DNA of 64,000 nucleotides from NCBI RefSeq assembly GCF_058153355.1, contig NZ_CM177019.1; one strand, 5' to 3'. Shown piece by piece: positions 13,092 to 26,392 of this stretch (position 1 is its first letter; each line of letters starts with the position of its first letter). The notes under the pieces were generated by a model. It saw only the letters and a program-made list of their open reading frames with translations, ran no database searches and was not told where the DNA came from. The position numbers and the translations under genes were made by a program.

Positions 13092-14636
13092 ATGTCGGTT
13101 TCTAAAAAACCTATGGTACTGGTGATTCTGGATGGCTATGGCTATCGCGAAGAACAGCAGGATAACGCCATTTTTAGTGCTAAAACCCCGGTAATGGATG
13201 CACTGTGGGCCAATCGTCCGCATACCCTGATCGACGCTTCCGGTCTGGAAGTCGGTCTGCCTGACCGTCAAATGGGTAACTCCGAAGTAGGCCACGTTAA
13301 CCTGGGTGCCGGCCGCATCGTGTATCAGGACCTGACTCGTCTGGACGTTGAAATCAAAGATCGCGCTTTCTTCGCTAATCCGGTGCTGACTGGTGCGGTA
13401 GATAAAGCGAAAAACGCAGGCAAAGCAGTACACATTATGGGTCTGCTCTCCGCAGGTGGTGTACACAGCCACGAAGATCACATCATGGCGATGGTAGAAC
13501 TGGCAGCGGAACGCGGCGCAGAAAAAATCTACCTGCACGCATTCCTTGACGGTCGCGACACCCCGCCGCGCAGTGCTGAATCCTCGCTGAAAAAATTCGA
13601 AGAGAAATTTGCCGCGCTGGGCAAAGGCCGCGTAGCGTCCATCATTGGTCGTTACTACGCAATGGACCGCGACAATCGTTGGGATCGCGTTGAAAAAGCG
13701 TATGACCTGCTGACGCTGGCGCAGGGCGAATTCCAGGCCGACACCGCTGTTGCCGGTTTGCAGGCTGCTTATGCTCGCGACGAAAACGACGAATTCGTGA
13801 AAGCGACCGTTATCCGTGCTGAAGGCCAGCCAGACGCGGCAATGGAAGATGGCGATGCGCTGATTTTCATGAACTTCCGTGCTGACCGCGCGCGTGAAAT
13901 CACTCGTGCTTTCGTGAACGCTGATTTCGACGGCTTCGCGCGTAAGAAAGTGGTTAACATCGATTTCGTGATGCTGACCGAATACGCCGCTGATATCAAA
14001 ACTGCGGTTGCTTACCCGCCAGCTTCTCTGGTTAACACCTTCGGCGAGTGGATGGCGAAAAACGACAAAACTCAACTGCGTATTTCCGAAACCGAAAAAT
14101 ATGCCCACGTTACTTTCTTCTTCAACGGTGGCGTAGAAGAGTCGTTCAAAGGCGAAGATCGCATTCTGATCAACTCACCAAAAGTGGCTACCTACGATCT
14201 GCAACCGGAAATGAGCTCCGCAGAGCTGACCGAAAAACTGGTTGCGGCAATCAAGAGCGGCAAATACGACACCATTATCTGTAACTATCCGAACGGCGAC
14301 ATGGTTGGTCACACCGGGGTGATGGAAGCGGCGGTTAAAGCGGTTGAAGCGCTGGATCACTGCGTGGAAGAAGTCGCGAAAGCGGTTGAGTCCGTGGGTG
14401 GACAACTGCTGATCACCGCTGACCACGGTAACGCTGAACAGATGCGCGATCCGGCAACGGGTCAGGCACACACGGCACACACCAACCTGCCTGTTCCGCT
14501 GATTTACGTTGGCGATAAGAACGTGAAAGCGGTTGAAGGCGGCAAACTTTCTGACATCGCGCCAACCATGTTGTCGCTGATGGGTATGGAAATCCCGCAA
14601 GAGATGACTGGTAAGCCGCTGTTCATCGTGGAATAA
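13092..14636 (+). CDS. gpmI: 2,3-bisphosphoglycerate-independent phosphoglycerate mutase
   Basis: ORF track 12948..14636; start trimmed to [15 protein letters not shown]; alkaline-phosphatase-like core. Confidence 0.9.
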   Translation: MSVSKKPMVLVILDGYGYREEQQDNAIFSAKTPVMDALWANRPHTLIDASGLEVGLPDRQMGNSEVGHVNLGAGRIVYQDLTRLDVEIKDRAFFANPVLTGAVDKAKNAGKAVHIMGLLSAGGVHSHEDHIMAMVELAAERGAEKIYLHAFLDGRDTPPRSAESSLKKFEEKFAALGKGRVASIIGRYYAMDRDNRWDRVEKAYDLLTLAQGEFQADTAVAGLQAAYARDENDEFVKATVIRAEGQPDAAMEDGDALIFMNFRADRAREITRAFVNADFDGFARKKVVNIDFVMLTEYAADIKTAVAYPPASLVNTFGEWMAKNDKTQLRISETEKYAHVTFFFNGGVEESFKGEDRILINSPKVATYDLQPEMSSAELTEKLVAAIKSGKYDTIICNYPNGDMVGHTGVMEAAVKAVEALDHCVEEVAKAVESVGGQLLITADHGNAEQMRDPATGQAHTAHTNLPVPLIYVGDKNVKAVEGGKLSDIAPTMLSLMGMEIPQEMTGKPLFIVE

Positions 14637-14669
14637 TCCCTCCCCATGAGGGGAAAGGCGATTAATACC

Positions 14670-15929
14670 ATGACACGGGCCGTGAAACCGCGCAGGTTTG
14701 CAATCAGGCCCATCATCTACGCCAGCGTTCTTAGCGCTGGCGTATTGTTGTGCGCCTTTTCCGCCCACGCGGATGATCGCGACCAACTCAAATCTATTCA
14801 GGCCGATATCGCCGCGAAAGAGCGCGCGGTACGCCAAAAGCAACAACAACGCGCAAGCCTGCTCGCACAATTGAAAAAGCAGGAAGAAGCGATCTCTGAA
14901 GCCACTCGAAAGCTGCGCGAAACGCAAAACACACTCAATCAACTGAATAAACAGATTGATGAGATGAACGCGTCGATTGCCAAACTGGAGCAGCAAAAAG
15001 CCGCTCAGGAACGCAGCCTCGCCGCGCAACTGGATGCCGCGTTTCGTCAGGGCGAGCATACCGGTATTCAGCTGATTCTCAGCGGTGAAGAAAGCCAGCG
15101 TGGTCAGCGTTTACAGGCTTATTTCGGTTATCTCAACCAGGCGCGACAAGAAACCATTACTCAGTTGAAACAAACGCGTGAAGAAGTCGCTATGCAACGC
15201 GCCGAGCTGGAAGAGAAACAGAGCGAGCAACAAACACTGTTATATGAGCAGCGCGCCCAACAGGCGAAGCTGACCCAGGCGCTTAACGAGCGTAAAAAGA
15301 CGCTGGCTGGGCTAGAGTCTTCCATCCAGCAAGGTCAACAACAGTTGAGCGAGCTGCGCGCCAACGAATCTCGTCTGCGTAACAGCATTGCCCGTGCGGA
15401 AGCGGCGGCGAAAGCGCGTGCTGAACGTGAGGCGCGCGAAGCCCAGGCGGTTCGCGACCGTCAGAAAGAAGCGACGCGCAAAGGCACCACCTACAAACCG
15501 ACCGAAAGCGAAAAATCGCTGATGTCCCGAACTGGTGGCCTGGGCGCGCCGCGTGGTCAGGCATTCTGGCCGGTTCGCGGGCCGACGCTGCATCGTTATG
15601 GCGAGCAGCTACAGGGTGAGCTGCGCTGGAAAGGGATGGTGATTGGTGCTTCTGAAGGTACTGAAGTTAAAGCGATTGCCGACGGTCGGGTGATTCTGGC
15701 TGACTGGCTGCAAGGCTACGGTCTGGTGGTGGTGGTTGAGCATGGTAAAGGCGACATGAGTCTTTACGGCTATAATCAAAGCGCGCTGGTGAGCGTTGGT
15801 TCGCAGGTTCGTGCGGGCCAGCCAATTGCACTGGTGGGCAGCAGTGGTGGTCAGGGCAGACCTTCACTCTATTTTGAGATTCGTCGCCAGGGTCAGGCCG
15901 TCAATCCACAGCCGTGGTTGGGAAGATAA
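14670..15929 (+). CDS. envC: Murein hydrolase activator EnvC (coiled coil + LytM/M23 domain)
   Basis: ORF track 14646..15929; start trimmed to MTRAVKPRRF; long Q/A/E-rich coiled coil and C-terminal peptidase_M23-like domain. Confidence 0.88.
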   Translation: MTRAVKPRRFAIRPIIYASVLSAGVLLCAFSAHADDRDQLKSIQADIAAKERAVRQKQQQRASLLAQLKKQEEAISEATRKLRETQNTLNQLNKQIDEMNASIAKLEQQKAAQERSLAAQLDAAFRQGEHTGIQLILSGEESQRGQRLQAYFGYLNQARQETITQLKQTREEVAMQRAELEEKQSEQQTLLYEQRAQQAKLTQALNERKKTLAGLESSIQQGQQQLSELRANESRLRNSIARAEAAAKARAEREAREAQAVRDRQKEATRKGTTYKPTESEKSLMSRTGGLGAPRGQAFWPVRGPTLHRYGEQLQGELRWKGMVIGASEGTEVKAIADGRVILADWLQGYGLVVVVEHGKGDMSLYGYNQSALVSVGSQVRAGQPIALVGSSGGQGRPSLYFEIRRQGQAVNPQPWLGR

Positions 15930-15932
15930 GTT

Positions 15933-16892
15933 TTGTTTCCATTTCGTCGTAACGTTCTTGCATTTGCCGCTCTGTTGGCGCTCTCCTCCCCCGTACTTGC
16001 TGGCAAACTTGCCATCGTCATTGATGATTTTGGGTATCGCCCGCACAACGAAAACCAGGTGCTGGCGATGCCCTCCGCTATCTCCGTCGCTGTATTACCC
16101 GATTCACCGCACGCCAGAGAGATGGCGACCAAAGCGCATAACAGCGGTCACGAAGTGTTGATTCATCTGCCAATGGCACCGTTGAGTAAACAGCCGCTGG
16201 AGAAAAATACGCTGCGCCCGGAGATGAGCAGCGACGAAATTGAGCGCATTATTCGTAGTGCGGTCAATAACGTGCCCTATGCCGTGGGGATCAACAACCA
16301 CATGGGTAGCAAGATGACCTCTAACCTGTTTGGTATGCAGAAAGTGATGCAGGCACTGGCGCGTTACAATCTTTACTTCCTCGACAGCGTAACCATCGGT
16401 AATACCCAGGCGATGCGCGCCGCGCAAGGCACTGGCGTGAAGGTTATTAAACGGAAGGTGTTCCTCGACGATTCACAGAACGAAGCAGACATCCGTGTGC
16501 AGTTTAATCGTGCAATTGACCTGGCGCGTCGCAACGGTTCGACCATTGCCATTGGGCATCCTCACCCTTCAACGGTACGCGTGTTGCAACAGATGGTTTA
16601 TAACCTGCCGCCAGACATTACACTGGTGAAAGCCAGCAGCTTGCTGAATGAACCGCAGGTTGATACTTCTACACCGCCGAAAAACGCTGTGCCTGATGCA
16701 CCGCATAATCCGTTCCGTGGCGTGAAACTGTGTAAACCGAAGAAACCGCTGGAACCGGTTTATGCTAATCGCTTCTTTGAAGTATTAAGCGAAAGCATCA
16801 GCCAGAGCACGCTGATCGTTTACTTCCAGCATCAGTGGCAAGGCTGGGGCAAGCAGCCCGAAGCGGCAAAACTTAACGCTAGCGCAAATTAA
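15933..16892 (+). CDS. yibQ: Divergent polysaccharide deacetylase family protein YibQ
   Basis: 319 aa; signal peptide; position after envC. Confidence 0.8.
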   Translation: MFPFRRNVLAFAALLALSSPVLAGKLAIVIDDFGYRPHNENQVLAMPSAISVAVLPDSPHAREMATKAHNSGHEVLIHLPMAPLSKQPLEKNTLRPEMSSDEIERIIRSAVNNVPYAVGINNHMGSKMTSNLFGMQKVMQALARYNLYFLDSVTIGNTQAMRAAQGTGVKVIKRKVFLDDSQNEADIRVQFNRAIDLARRNGSTIAIGHPHPSTVRVLQQMVYNLPPDITLVKASSLLNEPQVDTSTPPKNAVPDAPHNPFRGVKLCKPKKPLEPVYANRFFEVLSESISQSTLIVYFQHQWQGWGKQPEAAKLNASAN

Positions 16893-17913
16893 AGGCGCTA
16901 CGCGTAATGCGATGGTGCGACCGCGTTTTGTCGCGCCATTGCCATAAGCGGAAAGACCACAGTAACGCCTGATAACCCACCTTTATGCTGCGTACATTGG
17001 AAATCAGGCGCTTATACATACCGGAAGTAAATATCTCAGCAATCATCCGTTGGCGGGTAATAATATCTGGCTCTTTACGTACCGCATGGCAAACACGTAA
17101 TGCTTCGTAAGTTATTTGTTGATGAAATTCCGGGTGAATCACTATTCTGTCTGCGTAATCGCGATTTAACTTTTCCAACAGTCGGGTAATCTTAATATAG
17201 TGGCGTTGATAATTAAGGTTTTTATTTCCCTGTCTATTCAATCGGCTCACTGACGTATTATGCAAATAATATTTATATAACGATTGCTCGGTATATCGCA
17301 CGCGTTGCGCGTTAAACATAAATTCTGTTGTCCAGACAATATCTTGATGATGTAATCCGGCAATAAATTTAATGTTATTTTTAACAATGACATCACGACG
17401 ATAAATGCCCATCCAGACAACATGAGTCCAACGACGGGAAGAAAGCCCCATTCGCAGCCAGTCCGGGCCGGTTAATACGCCGGTTGAGCGAAGGCGATCG
17501 CTGGGGATGGATTGCCAGGTTTCTCCCGTTTCACGAAAACACCAGTCAGCATTGCACTGCGCCACGTCAAGGTCATCATCTAACGCCATGGTCATCAGCG
17601 TTTCGTACATGGTGGGATAGACCTCATCGTCAGCATCGACAAAAGCGACATATTTGCCCGTCGCTGCCTCGATCCCACGATTACGCGCTACCGATGCGCC
17701 AGAATTCGCCTGATGCAACAAACGAACATGCGGATAGTTTTCCGCGTAATGCTTTGCTATTTCAACAGAATTATCCGTTGAACCATCGTTAATAATAATG
17801 ATTTCCAGAGCAGTCCAGGTTTGCGTAATTAAAGATTCCATACAAGTGCGGAAATCATCGCCCGCATTATATAACGGGATAATAACACTGAGTTTATTGG
17901 TGCTGTTCATCAT
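16879..17913 (-). CDS. waaH: Family-2 glycosyltransferase (LPS core modification), WaaH/YibD
   Basis: 344 aa; GT2 motifs ([13 protein letters not shown]…[11 protein letters not shown]…FVDADD); convergent 14-bp overlap with yibQ. Confidence 0.82.
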   Translation of the reverse strand: MMNSTNKLSVIIPLYNAGDDFRTCMESLITQTWTALEIIIINDGSTDNSVEIAKHYAENYPHVRLLHQANSGASVARNRGIEAATGKYVAFVDADDEVYPTMYETLMTMALDDDLDVAQCNADWCFRETGETWQSIPSDRLRSTGVLTGPDWLRMGLSSRRWTHVVWMGIYRRDVIVKNNIKFIAGLHHQDIVWTTEFMFNAQRVRYTEQSLYKYYLHNTSVSRLNRQGNKNLNYQRHYIKITRLLEKLNRDYADRIVIHPEFHQQITYEALRVCHAVRKEPDIITRQRMIAEIFTSGMYKRLISNVRSIKVGYQALLWSFRLWQWRDKTRSHHRITRSAFNLR

Positions 17914-18172
17914 AAATACCGACGACCTCTGAAGTTATCCTGATGTTTTACAGGCTTTGTATTAAGAAACCATTAAGCCTGTGAGATATTATTTTTACAG
18001 GTGAGAGAGTCACTTCAGGGTAGAGAGATAATGAGAGCAGCTATATAAGAGATCAGCACAATTACGAACTCTTTATTACACTGACAGGATTTTACATATT
18101 TAACAGATTATCCTCAGATAAAAGGGCTGGTATTTTGGATTTTCAGATTGTAGACCAAGTGCGCTTTGTTTA

Positions 18173-19377
<1,205 letters not shown>

Positions 19378-19514
19378 AAATCGCGGAAGGGATGAAACAA
19401 CAGCGCCTGACGGCGCTGTGTCTGGCATGCCTGCAATCCGGGAGACTGGACCAGGAAAAAACTTGCAGGCCGTAACAGTATCTACCAAATTGTGCAGATT
19501 TAATATTTTGCAGG

Positions 19515-19551
19515 AACCGCGTAGGCATGATAAGCGTAGCGCATCAGGCAA
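19515..19551. repeat. REP-like element downstream of IS copy 2
   Basis: ccgcgtaggcatgataagcgtagcgcatcaggc (reverse complement gcctgatgcgctacgcttatcatgcctacgcgg). Confidence 0.55.
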
Positions 19552-19573
19552 TTTTGTGTTTGCCATCAGCTTC

Positions 19574-19597
19574 AAGGGCTGGTATTCCAGCCCTTGT
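19574..19597 (-). terminator. Hairpin immediately downstream of tdh (candidate kbl-tdh terminator)
   Basis: caagggctgg tatt ccagcccttg, a 10-bp perfect stem 6 bp past the tdh stop. Confidence 0.45.
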
Positions 19598-19602
19598 TCG
19601 TG

Positions 19603-20628
19603 TTAATCCCAGCTCAGAATAACTTTCCCGGACTGGCCCGAACGCATGGCATCAAAGCCTTTCTGGAAATCATCGATAGAGAAACGATGGGTAATGATCG
19701 GCGAGAGATCGAGGCCAGACTGAATCAGCGCCGCCATCTTGTACCAGGTTTCAAACATCTCACGACCGTAAATACCTTTAATGAACAAGCCTTTAAAGAT
19801 CACTTTGGTCCAGTCGATAGACATATCAGACGGCGGAATACCCAACATCGCAATGCGACCGCCGTGGTTCATGGTGTCGAGCATGGTACGAAACGCTGGC
19901 GGCGCACCGGACATTTCCAGACCGACATCAAAGCCTTCGGTCATGCCTAACTCCGCCATCACGTCATTGAGATTTTCTTTGGCGACGTTAACCGCACGGG
20001 TGATACCCATTTTACGCGCCAGCTCAAGGCGGTATTCATTAACATCCGTGATCACCACGTTGCGTGCACCGACGTGTTTCGCCACCGCCGCAGCCATAAT
20101 ACCTATCGGACCTGCACCAGAAACCAGCACATCTTCGCCCACCAGATCAAACGACAGCGCGGTATGCACGGCGTTACCGAAGGGATCAAAAATGGAAGCC
20201 AGGTCGTCGGAGATATTGTCGGGGATTTTGAAGGCGTTGAACGCCGGAATCACCAGATATTCTGCGAAGCAGCCCGGACGGTAAACACCGACACCGATCG
20301 TGTTGCGGCACAAATGGGTACGGCCACCACGACAGTTGCGGCAATGACCACAAGTGATATGGCCTTCGCCAGAAACGCGATCGCCGATCTTGAAGCCTTT
20401 CACTTCCTGACCGATGCCAACCACCTCACCGACATATTCATGGCCTACAACCATCGGTACTGGGATGGTTTTTTGCGACCACTCATCCCAGTTATAGATG
20501 TGAACGTCAGTCCCGCAGATGGCTGTTTTACGGATTTTAATCAGCAGATCGTTATGTCCGAGTTCCGGTTCAGGAACGTCGGTCATCCAGATGCCCTCTT
20601 CCGCTTTCAGTTTGGATAACGCTTTCAT
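19603..20628 (-). CDS. tdh: L-threonine 3-dehydrogenase (zinc-dependent MDR family)
   Basis: 341 aa; [21 protein letters not shown]…; GHEYVGEV zinc-binding motif. Confidence 0.92.
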   Translation of the reverse strand: MKALSKLKAEEGIWMTDVPEPELGHNDLLIKIRKTAICGTDVHIYNWDEWSQKTIPVPMVVGHEYVGEVVGIGQEVKGFKIGDRVSGEGHITCGHCRNCRGGRTHLCRNTIGVGVYRPGCFAEYLVIPAFNAFKIPDNISDDLASIFDPFGNAVHTALSFDLVGEDVLVSGAGPIGIMAAAVAKHVGARNVVITDVNEYRLELARKMGITRAVNVAKENLNDVMAELGMTEGFDVGLEMSGAPPAFRTMLDTMNHGGRIAMLGIPPSDMSIDWTKVIFKGLFIKGIYGREMFETWYKMAALIQSGLDLSPIITHRFSIDDFQKGFDAMRSGQSGKVILSWD

Positions 20629-20641
20629 CTCACATCCTCAC

Positions 20642-21838
20642 TCAGGCGATTACGCCCAGTTGTTTACCAATACGCGTGAACGCTTCTACCGCACGCGTAA
20701 TTTGCTCAGGGGTATGCGCCGCAGACATCTGGGTACGAATACGCGCCTGACCTTTCGGAACGACCGGATAGAAGAAACCGGTGACGTAAATGCCCTCTTT
20801 TTGCAGTTCACGTGCAAATTTTTGCGCCACTACAGCATCGCCAAGCATGACCGGAATAATGGCGTGATCGGCACCCGCCAGAGTAAAGCCCGCCGCCGAC
20901 ATTTGCTCACGGAACTGACGCGCGTTCGCCCACAGACGGTCACGAAGCTCGCTACCCGCTTCAACCATCTCCAGCACTTTGATGGAAGCGGCAACAATGG
21001 CCGGTGCCAACGAGTTGGAGAACAGGTACGGACGAGAACGCTGGCGCAGCCACTCAACCACTTCTTTGCGCGCCGCGGTATAACCACCAGAAGCCCCGCC
21101 CAGCGCTTTACCGAGCGTGCCGGTGATAATATCGACCCGGCCCATCACATCGCAGTATTCATGGGAACCACGACCATTTTCACCGACAAAACCAACGGCG
21201 TGGGAGTCGTCTACCATCACCAGGGCATCGTATTTATCTGCCAGATCGCAAACACCTTTCAGGTTGGCAATCACGCCGTCCATCGAGAACACACCATCGG
21301 TGGCAATCAGCACATGACGCGCACCGGCTTCACGCGCTTCTTTCAGACGAGCTTCAAGCTCCTGCATATCGTTGTTGGCATAGCGATAGCGTTTAGCTTT
21401 GCACAGACGCACACCATCAATAATAGACGCGTGGTTCAGTGCGTCGGAGATAATGGCGTCTTCCGCGCCCAACAGCGTTTCGAACAGGCCACCGTTAGCA
21501 TCAAAGCAGGAAGAGTAGAGAATCGCATCTTCCATCCCCAGGAAGGCCGCCAGTTTTTGTTCAAGCTCTTTATGGCTGTCCTGAGTGCCGCAAATAAAAC
21601 GCACCGAAGCCATGCCGAAACCGTGAGAATCCATTCCCGCCTTTGCCGCCGCAATCAGATCCGGATGATTCGCCAGTCCGAGATAGTTATTGGCACAAAA
21701 GTTAATGACGTGGCTTCCATCAGCCACCGTGATGTCTGCTTGCTGTGCAGACGTAATAATGCGCTCTTCTTTAAACAACCCTTCCGCCCTTGCGGTTTCC
21801 AGATCGTTGGTTAACTGCTGATAAAATTCTCCACGCAT
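20642..21838 (-). CDS. kbl: 2-amino-3-ketobutyrate CoA ligase (glycine C-acetyltransferase), PLP-dependent
   Basis: 398 aa; class-II aminotransferase fold; operon partner of tdh. Confidence 0.92.
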   Translation of the reverse strand: MRGEFYQQLTNDLETARAEGLFKEERIITSAQQADITVADGSHVINFCANNYLGLANHPDLIAAAKAGMDSHGFGMASVRFICGTQDSHKELEQKLAAFLGMEDAILYSSCFDANGGLFETLLGAEDAIISDALNHASIIDGVRLCKAKRYRYANNDMQELEARLKEAREAGARHVLIATDGVFSMDGVIANLKGVCDLADKYDALVMVDDSHAVGFVGENGRGSHEYCDVMGRVDIITGTLGKALGGASGGYTAARKEVVEWLRQRSRPYLFSNSLAPAIVAASIKVLEMVEAGSELRDRLWANARQFREQMSAAGFTLAGADHAIIPVMLGDAVVAQKFARELQKEGIYVTGFFYPVVPKGQARIRTQMSAAHTPEQITRAVEAFTRIGKQLGVIA

Positions 21839-22051
21839 TGCGATTCTCCAGACAGGGCAAATTCCAGCACATATTACCCAAACTTATAGGTTGCGACGAG
21901 ATGACGCGTTAACACTTCTGCAAAATTCAGGATAAATAACGTCCATCAATCTCACTTTTGGCGAATGGCTGAAGCGAACGCCGTGTAGTGATATGATGGA
22001 AGCATTCGTGTCTGAGATTGTCTCTGACTCCATAATTCGAAGGTTACAGTT

Positions 22052-22984
22052 ATGATCATCGTTACCGGCGGCGCGGGCTTTATCGGCAGCAACATCGTTA
22101 AGGCCCTGAATGATAAAGGCATCACCGATATTCTGGTGGTGGACAACCTGAAAGACGGCACCAAGTTTGTGAACCTGGTGGATCTGAATATCGCGGACTA
22201 TATGGATAAGGAAGACTTCCTGATCCAGATTATGGCTGGCGAAGAGTTCGGCGATGTCGAAGCGATTTTCCACGAAGGCGCGTGCTCTTCCACCACCGAG
22301 TGGGATGGCAAGTATATGATGGATAACAACTATCAATACTCCAAAGAGCTGCTGCACTACTGTCTGGAACGCGAAATCCCGTTCCTGTATGCCTCTTCCG
22401 CGGCCACTTACGGCGGTCGCACCTCCGACTTTATTGAATCCCGCGAGTACGAAAAACCGTTGAACGTCTACGGTTACTCAAAATTCCTGTTTGATGAATA
22501 TGTTCGCCAAATCCTGCCAGAAGCGAACTCGCAGATTGTTGGCTTCCGCTATTTCAACGTTTATGGACCGCGTGAAGGCCATAAAGGCAGCATGGCGAGC
22601 GTCGCTTTCCATCTCAACACCCAGCTCAACAATGGTGAATCGCCGAAACTGTTCGAAGGTAGCGAGAACTTTAAACGCGACTTCGTCTACGTGGGTGATG
22701 TGGCAGATGTGAATCTGTGGTTCCTGGAAAATGGCGTATCCGGCATCTTCAACCTCGGTACCGGTCGTGCAGAATCCTTCCAGGCAGTAGCGGATGCTAC
22801 GCTTGCTTATCACAAGAAAGGCCAGATCGAATACATTCCGTTCCCGGATAAACTTAAAGGCCGCTATCAGGCGTTCACTCAGGCGGATCTGACGAATCTG
22901 CGCGCGGCGGGTTACGATAAACCGTTCAAAACCGTTGCCGAAGGCGTAACGGAATATATGGCCTGGCTGAATCGCGACGCATAA
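22052..22984 (+). CDS. hldD: ADP-L-glycero-D-manno-heptose 6-epimerase
   Basis: 310 aa; [20 protein letters not shown]ossmann; SDR-type epimerase. Confidence 0.92.
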
Positions 22985-22993
22985 GAGCTCTGC

Positions 22994-24040
22994 ATGAAAA
23001 TACTGGTGATCGGCCCGTCTTGGGTTGGCGACATGATGATGTCGCAAAGTCTCTATCGCACGCTCCAGGCGCGCTATCCCCAGGCGATAATCGACGTGAT
23101 GGCACCGGCATGGTGCCGTCCGTTATTATCGCGGATGCCGGAAGTTAACGAAGCTATCCCTATGCCTCTCGGTCACGGAGCGCTGGAAATCGGCGAACGC
23201 CGCAAACTGGGTCATAGTCTGCGTGAAAAGCGCTACGACCGCGCCTACGTCTTACCCAACTCCTTCAAGTCCGCATTAGTGCCTTTCTTCGCGGGTATTC
23301 CTCATCGCACCGGCTGGCGCGGCGAGATGCGCTACGGTTTACTTAACGATGTACGCGTGCTCGATAAAGAAGCCTGGCCGCTAATGGTGGAACGCTATGT
23401 CGCGCTAGCCTATGACAAAGGCATTATGCGTACCGCACAAGATCTGCCGCAGCCATTGTTATGGCCGCAGTTGCAGGTGAGCGAAGGTGAAAAATCATAT
23501 ACCTGTAATCAATTTTCGCTCTCATCAGAACGTCCGATGATTGGCTTTTGCCCCGGAGCGGAGTTTGGTCCGGCAAAACGCTGGCCACACTACCACTATG
23601 CGGAGCTGGCAAAGCAGCTGATTGATGAAGGTTATCAGGTGGTTCTGTTTGGCTCGGCGAAAGATCATGAAGCGGGCAATGAGATTCTTGCCGCTTTGAA
23701 TACCGAGCAGCAGGCATGGTGCCGGAACCTGGCGGGGGAAACACAGCTTGATCAAGCGGTTATCCTGATTGCAGCCTGTAAAGCCATTGTCACTAACGAT
23801 TCTGGCCTGATGCACGTTGCGGCGGCGCTCAATCGTCCTTTGGTTGCCCTGTATGGTCCGAGTAGCCCGGACTTCACACCGCCACTATCCCATAAAGCGC
23901 GCGTGATCCGCCTGATTACCGGCTATCACAAAGTGCGTAAAGGTGATGCTGCGGAGGGTTATCACCAGAGCTTGATCGACATTACTCCCCAGCGCGTACT
24001 GGAAGAACTCAACGCGCTATTGTTACAAGAGGAAGCCTGA
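22994..24040 (+). CDS. waaF: LPS heptosyltransferase II (GT9)
   Basis: 348 aa; MKILVIGPSWVGDMMMSQSLY. Confidence 0.9.
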   Translation: MKILVIGPSWVGDMMMSQSLYRTLQARYPQAIIDVMAPAWCRPLLSRMPEVNEAIPMPLGHGALEIGERRKLGHSLREKRYDRAYVLPNSFKSALVPFFAGIPHRTGWRGEMRYGLLNDVRVLDKEAWPLMVERYVALAYDKGIMRTAQDLPQPLLWPQLQVSEGEKSYTCNQFSLSSERPMIGFCPGAEFGPAKRWPHYHYAELAKQLIDEGYQVVLFGSAKDHEAGNEILAALNTEQQAWCRNLAGETQLDQAVILIAACKAIVTNDSGLMHVAAALNRPLVALYGPSSPDFTPPLSHKARVIRLITGYHKVRKGDAAEGYHQSLIDITPQRVLEELNALLLQEEA

Positions 24041-24043
24041 CGG

Positions 24044-25024
24044 ATGCGGGTTTTGATCGTTAAAACATCGTCGATGGGCGATGTTCTCCATACGTTGCCC
24101 GCACTCACTGATGCCCAGCAGGCAATCCCGGGGATTAAGTTTGACTGGGTGGTGGAAGAAGGGTTCGCACAAATTCCTTCCTGGCACGCCGCCGTTGAGC
24201 GAGTTATTCCTGTGGCAATACGTCGCTGGCGTAAAGCCTGGTTCTCGGCCCCCATAAAAGCTGAACGGAAAGCGTTTCGTGAAGCGCTACAAGCAGAGAA
24301 CTATGACGCAATTATCGACGCTCAGGGGCTGGTAAAAAGCGCGGCGCTGGTGACGCGTCTGGCGCATGGCGTAAAGCATGGAATGGACTGGCAAACCGCT
24401 CGCGAACCTTTAGCCAGCCTGTTTTACAATCGTAAACATCATATTGCAAAACAGCAGCACGCCGTAGAACGCACCCGCGAACTGTTTGCCAAAAGTCTGG
24501 GCTATAGCAAACCGCAGACTCAGGGCGATTATGCTATTGCGCAGCATTTCCTGACGAACCTGCCAACAGATGCTGGCGAATATGCCGTATTTCTTCATGC
24601 AACAACCCGTGATGATAAACACTGGCCGGAAGCACACTGGCGAGAGTTGATTGGTTTACTGGCAGATTCAGGGATTCGCATTAAACTTCCGTGGGGCGCG
24701 CCGCATGAAGAAGAGCGGGCAAAAAGACTGGCGGAAGGATTTGCTTATGTTGAAGTATTGCCGAAGATGAGTCTGGAAGGCGTTGCCCGCGTGCTGGCCG
24801 GGGCTAAATTTGTGGTGTCGGTGGATACGGGGTTAAGCCATTTAACGGCGGCACTGGATAGACCCAATATCACGGTTTATGGACCTACTGATCCGGGATT
24901 AATTGGTGGGTATGGGAAGAATCAGATGGTTTGTAGGGCTCCGGGGAATGAGTTGTCTCAATTGACAGCAAATGCTGTTAAGCAATTCATTGAAGAAAAC
25001 GCTGAAAAAGCTGCCATGATTTAA
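24044..25024 (+). CDS. waaC: LPS heptosyltransferase I (GT9)
   Basis: 326 aa; MRVLIVKTSSMGDVLHTLPALTDA. Confidence 0.9.
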   Translation: MRVLIVKTSSMGDVLHTLPALTDAQQAIPGIKFDWVVEEGFAQIPSWHAAVERVIPVAIRRWRKAWFSAPIKAERKAFREALQAENYDAIIDAQGLVKSAALVTRLAHGVKHGMDWQTAREPLASLFYNRKHHIAKQQHAVERTRELFAKSLGYSKPQTQGDYAIAQHFLTNLPTDAGEYAVFLHATTRDDKHWPEAHWRELIGLLADSGIRIKLPWGAPHEEERAKRLAEGFAYVEVLPKMSLEGVARVLAGAKFVVSVDTGLSHLTAALDRPNITVYGPTDPGLIGGYGKNQMVCRAPGNELSQLTANAVKQFIEENAEKAAMI

Positions 25025-25055
25025 ATTACAACTCTTTAATAGATAATTTTGAAAT

Positions 25056-25083
25056 AAAATCAGCTTCCTTGCTGATTTTATTT
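25056..25083. terminator. Bidirectional Rho-independent terminator between convergent waaC and waaL
   Basis: aaaatcagc ttcctt gctgatttt hairpin with A/T runs on both sides. Confidence 0.6.
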
Positions 25084-25093
25084 CACATATTCA

Positions 25094-26347
25094 TTACTTA
25101 TCTAATAAACATTGGTCCGATTGTGCTTTAAAATAAGCACAAAGCAATATTATGGTGACAAACACAGCAGTCGGAACCGGTTTAGAAAAGAGTATTACAT
25201 CACTTAGGCCTACTACCAGTAGTGAAAAAAGCAAGATTAAAATATAAGGTTCTTTAGCAGTTCTTAAGGCATATATGAATATTGCTGAAAAGGCTAAAAT
25301 TGTTAATACTACTCCAGGAATACCACGCGTTGATAACGTATCTATGAGATCGTTATGCAAATGAGAATCTACAAAGGGTAAAGCGCCACTTAATCTAGGC
25401 TCTTTCTCTTCTAGTTCATGTATTTTTTCCGCGCGTTTTTCCAGTGATTGTCCTATTGGAGAATATGTTTTTAAACCAACTTCATACATTGCCAGACGGG
25501 CACCGACTGAAGTTCTGGTGTTATCATGCGAATAATTAACTAAATCCCTATTTAAGTCATTCATTCTCGTAAGTAATGTATCTTTAAAAGAAAATACACC
25601 TGCTAATAATGCAATCGCAATAAAACAATATAACTTATAATTAATTCGCTTATTAATATAACTATCCATTACGATTAATAGTAACGCAAAGAATGGAAAC
25701 ACTAATATGGCTGCACGCGTTTCAGTTACTATAACAGCACATAAGCTAAGCATGAAGTTAATTGTATATAATGTTGTTTTATGTCTAAAGTCGGATTTTA
25801 AAATGAGAATTGATGCCAGTAAAGAAGGGAAAAGGATGATGTAGCCTGCTGTTGTAGCGTGGGAAGCTGATAATGCAACACGGTCGACGTTTAAATAGAA
25901 ATGTTGCCACATGGCATGCGCAAAAAAAAGTAACTGCGTTGCCAGGGATGCGAACAGAATTAGTTTCCCAAATTTTATTTTGGTTCTCATCTCATCTTTA
26001 GCAAAAAGAACTAAGAAAATAAAAGCACTACACAAGGCAATTTTTCCAGTTTCCATTGGGCCACGATATGCATTGGTATAAACCGAGCCTGAAACTTTAT
26101 AATGTGAATACCAGATGATATTAACGATACCCAAAAGACATAATGAGATGAAAATTAACAACGTAGGATTATTAGTTATTGTTTTTTTTGGTGTCGCTAG
26201 AAAATATAATGCAGATATAATTCCAGCTGCATGAAGAAACTTTGTTGCAACATCATCCCACAAAGACAAAGTCATTAAAGACAACATACATAATATGAGA
26301 GTTAAAGACTTGACACCAGAGTTAATTTCATTCCAACAAAACGACAT
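25094..26347 (-). CDS. waaL: O-antigen ligase (Wzy_C family), encoded at the end of the waaQ operon as in R1/R3/R4 core types
   Basis: 417 aa polytopic membrane protein; position distal in the minus-strand core operon. Confidence 0.8.
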   Translation of the reverse strand: MSFCWNEINSGVKSLTLILCMLSLMTLSLWDDVATKFLHAAGIISALYFLATPKKTITNNPTLLIFISLCLLGIVNIIWYSHYKVSGSVYTNAYRGPMETGKIALCSAFIFLVLFAKDEMRTKIKFGKLILFASLATQLLFFAHAMWQHFYLNVDRVALSASHATTAGYIILFPSLLASILILKSDFRHKTTLYTINFMLSLCAVIVTETRAAILVFPFFALLLIVMDSYINKRINYKLYCFIAIALLAGVFSFKDTLLTRMNDLNRDLVNYSHDNTRTSVGARLAMYEVGLKTYSPIGQSLEKRAEKIHELEEKEPRLSGALPFVDSHLHNDLIDTLSTRGIPGVVLTILAFSAIFIYALRTAKEPYILILLFSLLVVGLSDVILFSKPVPTAVFVTIILLCAYFKAQSDQCLLDK

Positions 26348-26392
26348 ATAATTTCAACCTATGCTACGAGGATGGGTTATTTAATGGAAGAC

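Noticed and set aside
13026-15059. Long antisense ORFs 13026..14108 (360 aa) and 14175..15059 (294 aa)
   Set aside because: Fully contained within gpmI and envC on the opposite strand; no recognisable domains. Shadow ORFs.
17914-18172. Possible Pho box in the waaH upstream region
   Set aside because: Sequences such as ctgtaaaaataatatctcacag only loosely resemble the CTGTCAT-N4-CTGTCAT consensus; not confident enough to annotate.
20519-21814. 431-aa plus-strand ORF overlapping kbl, and 49612..50904 minus-strand ORF overlapping spoT
   Set aside because: Antisense to highly conserved enzymes with clear motifs; composition is typical of shadow frames.
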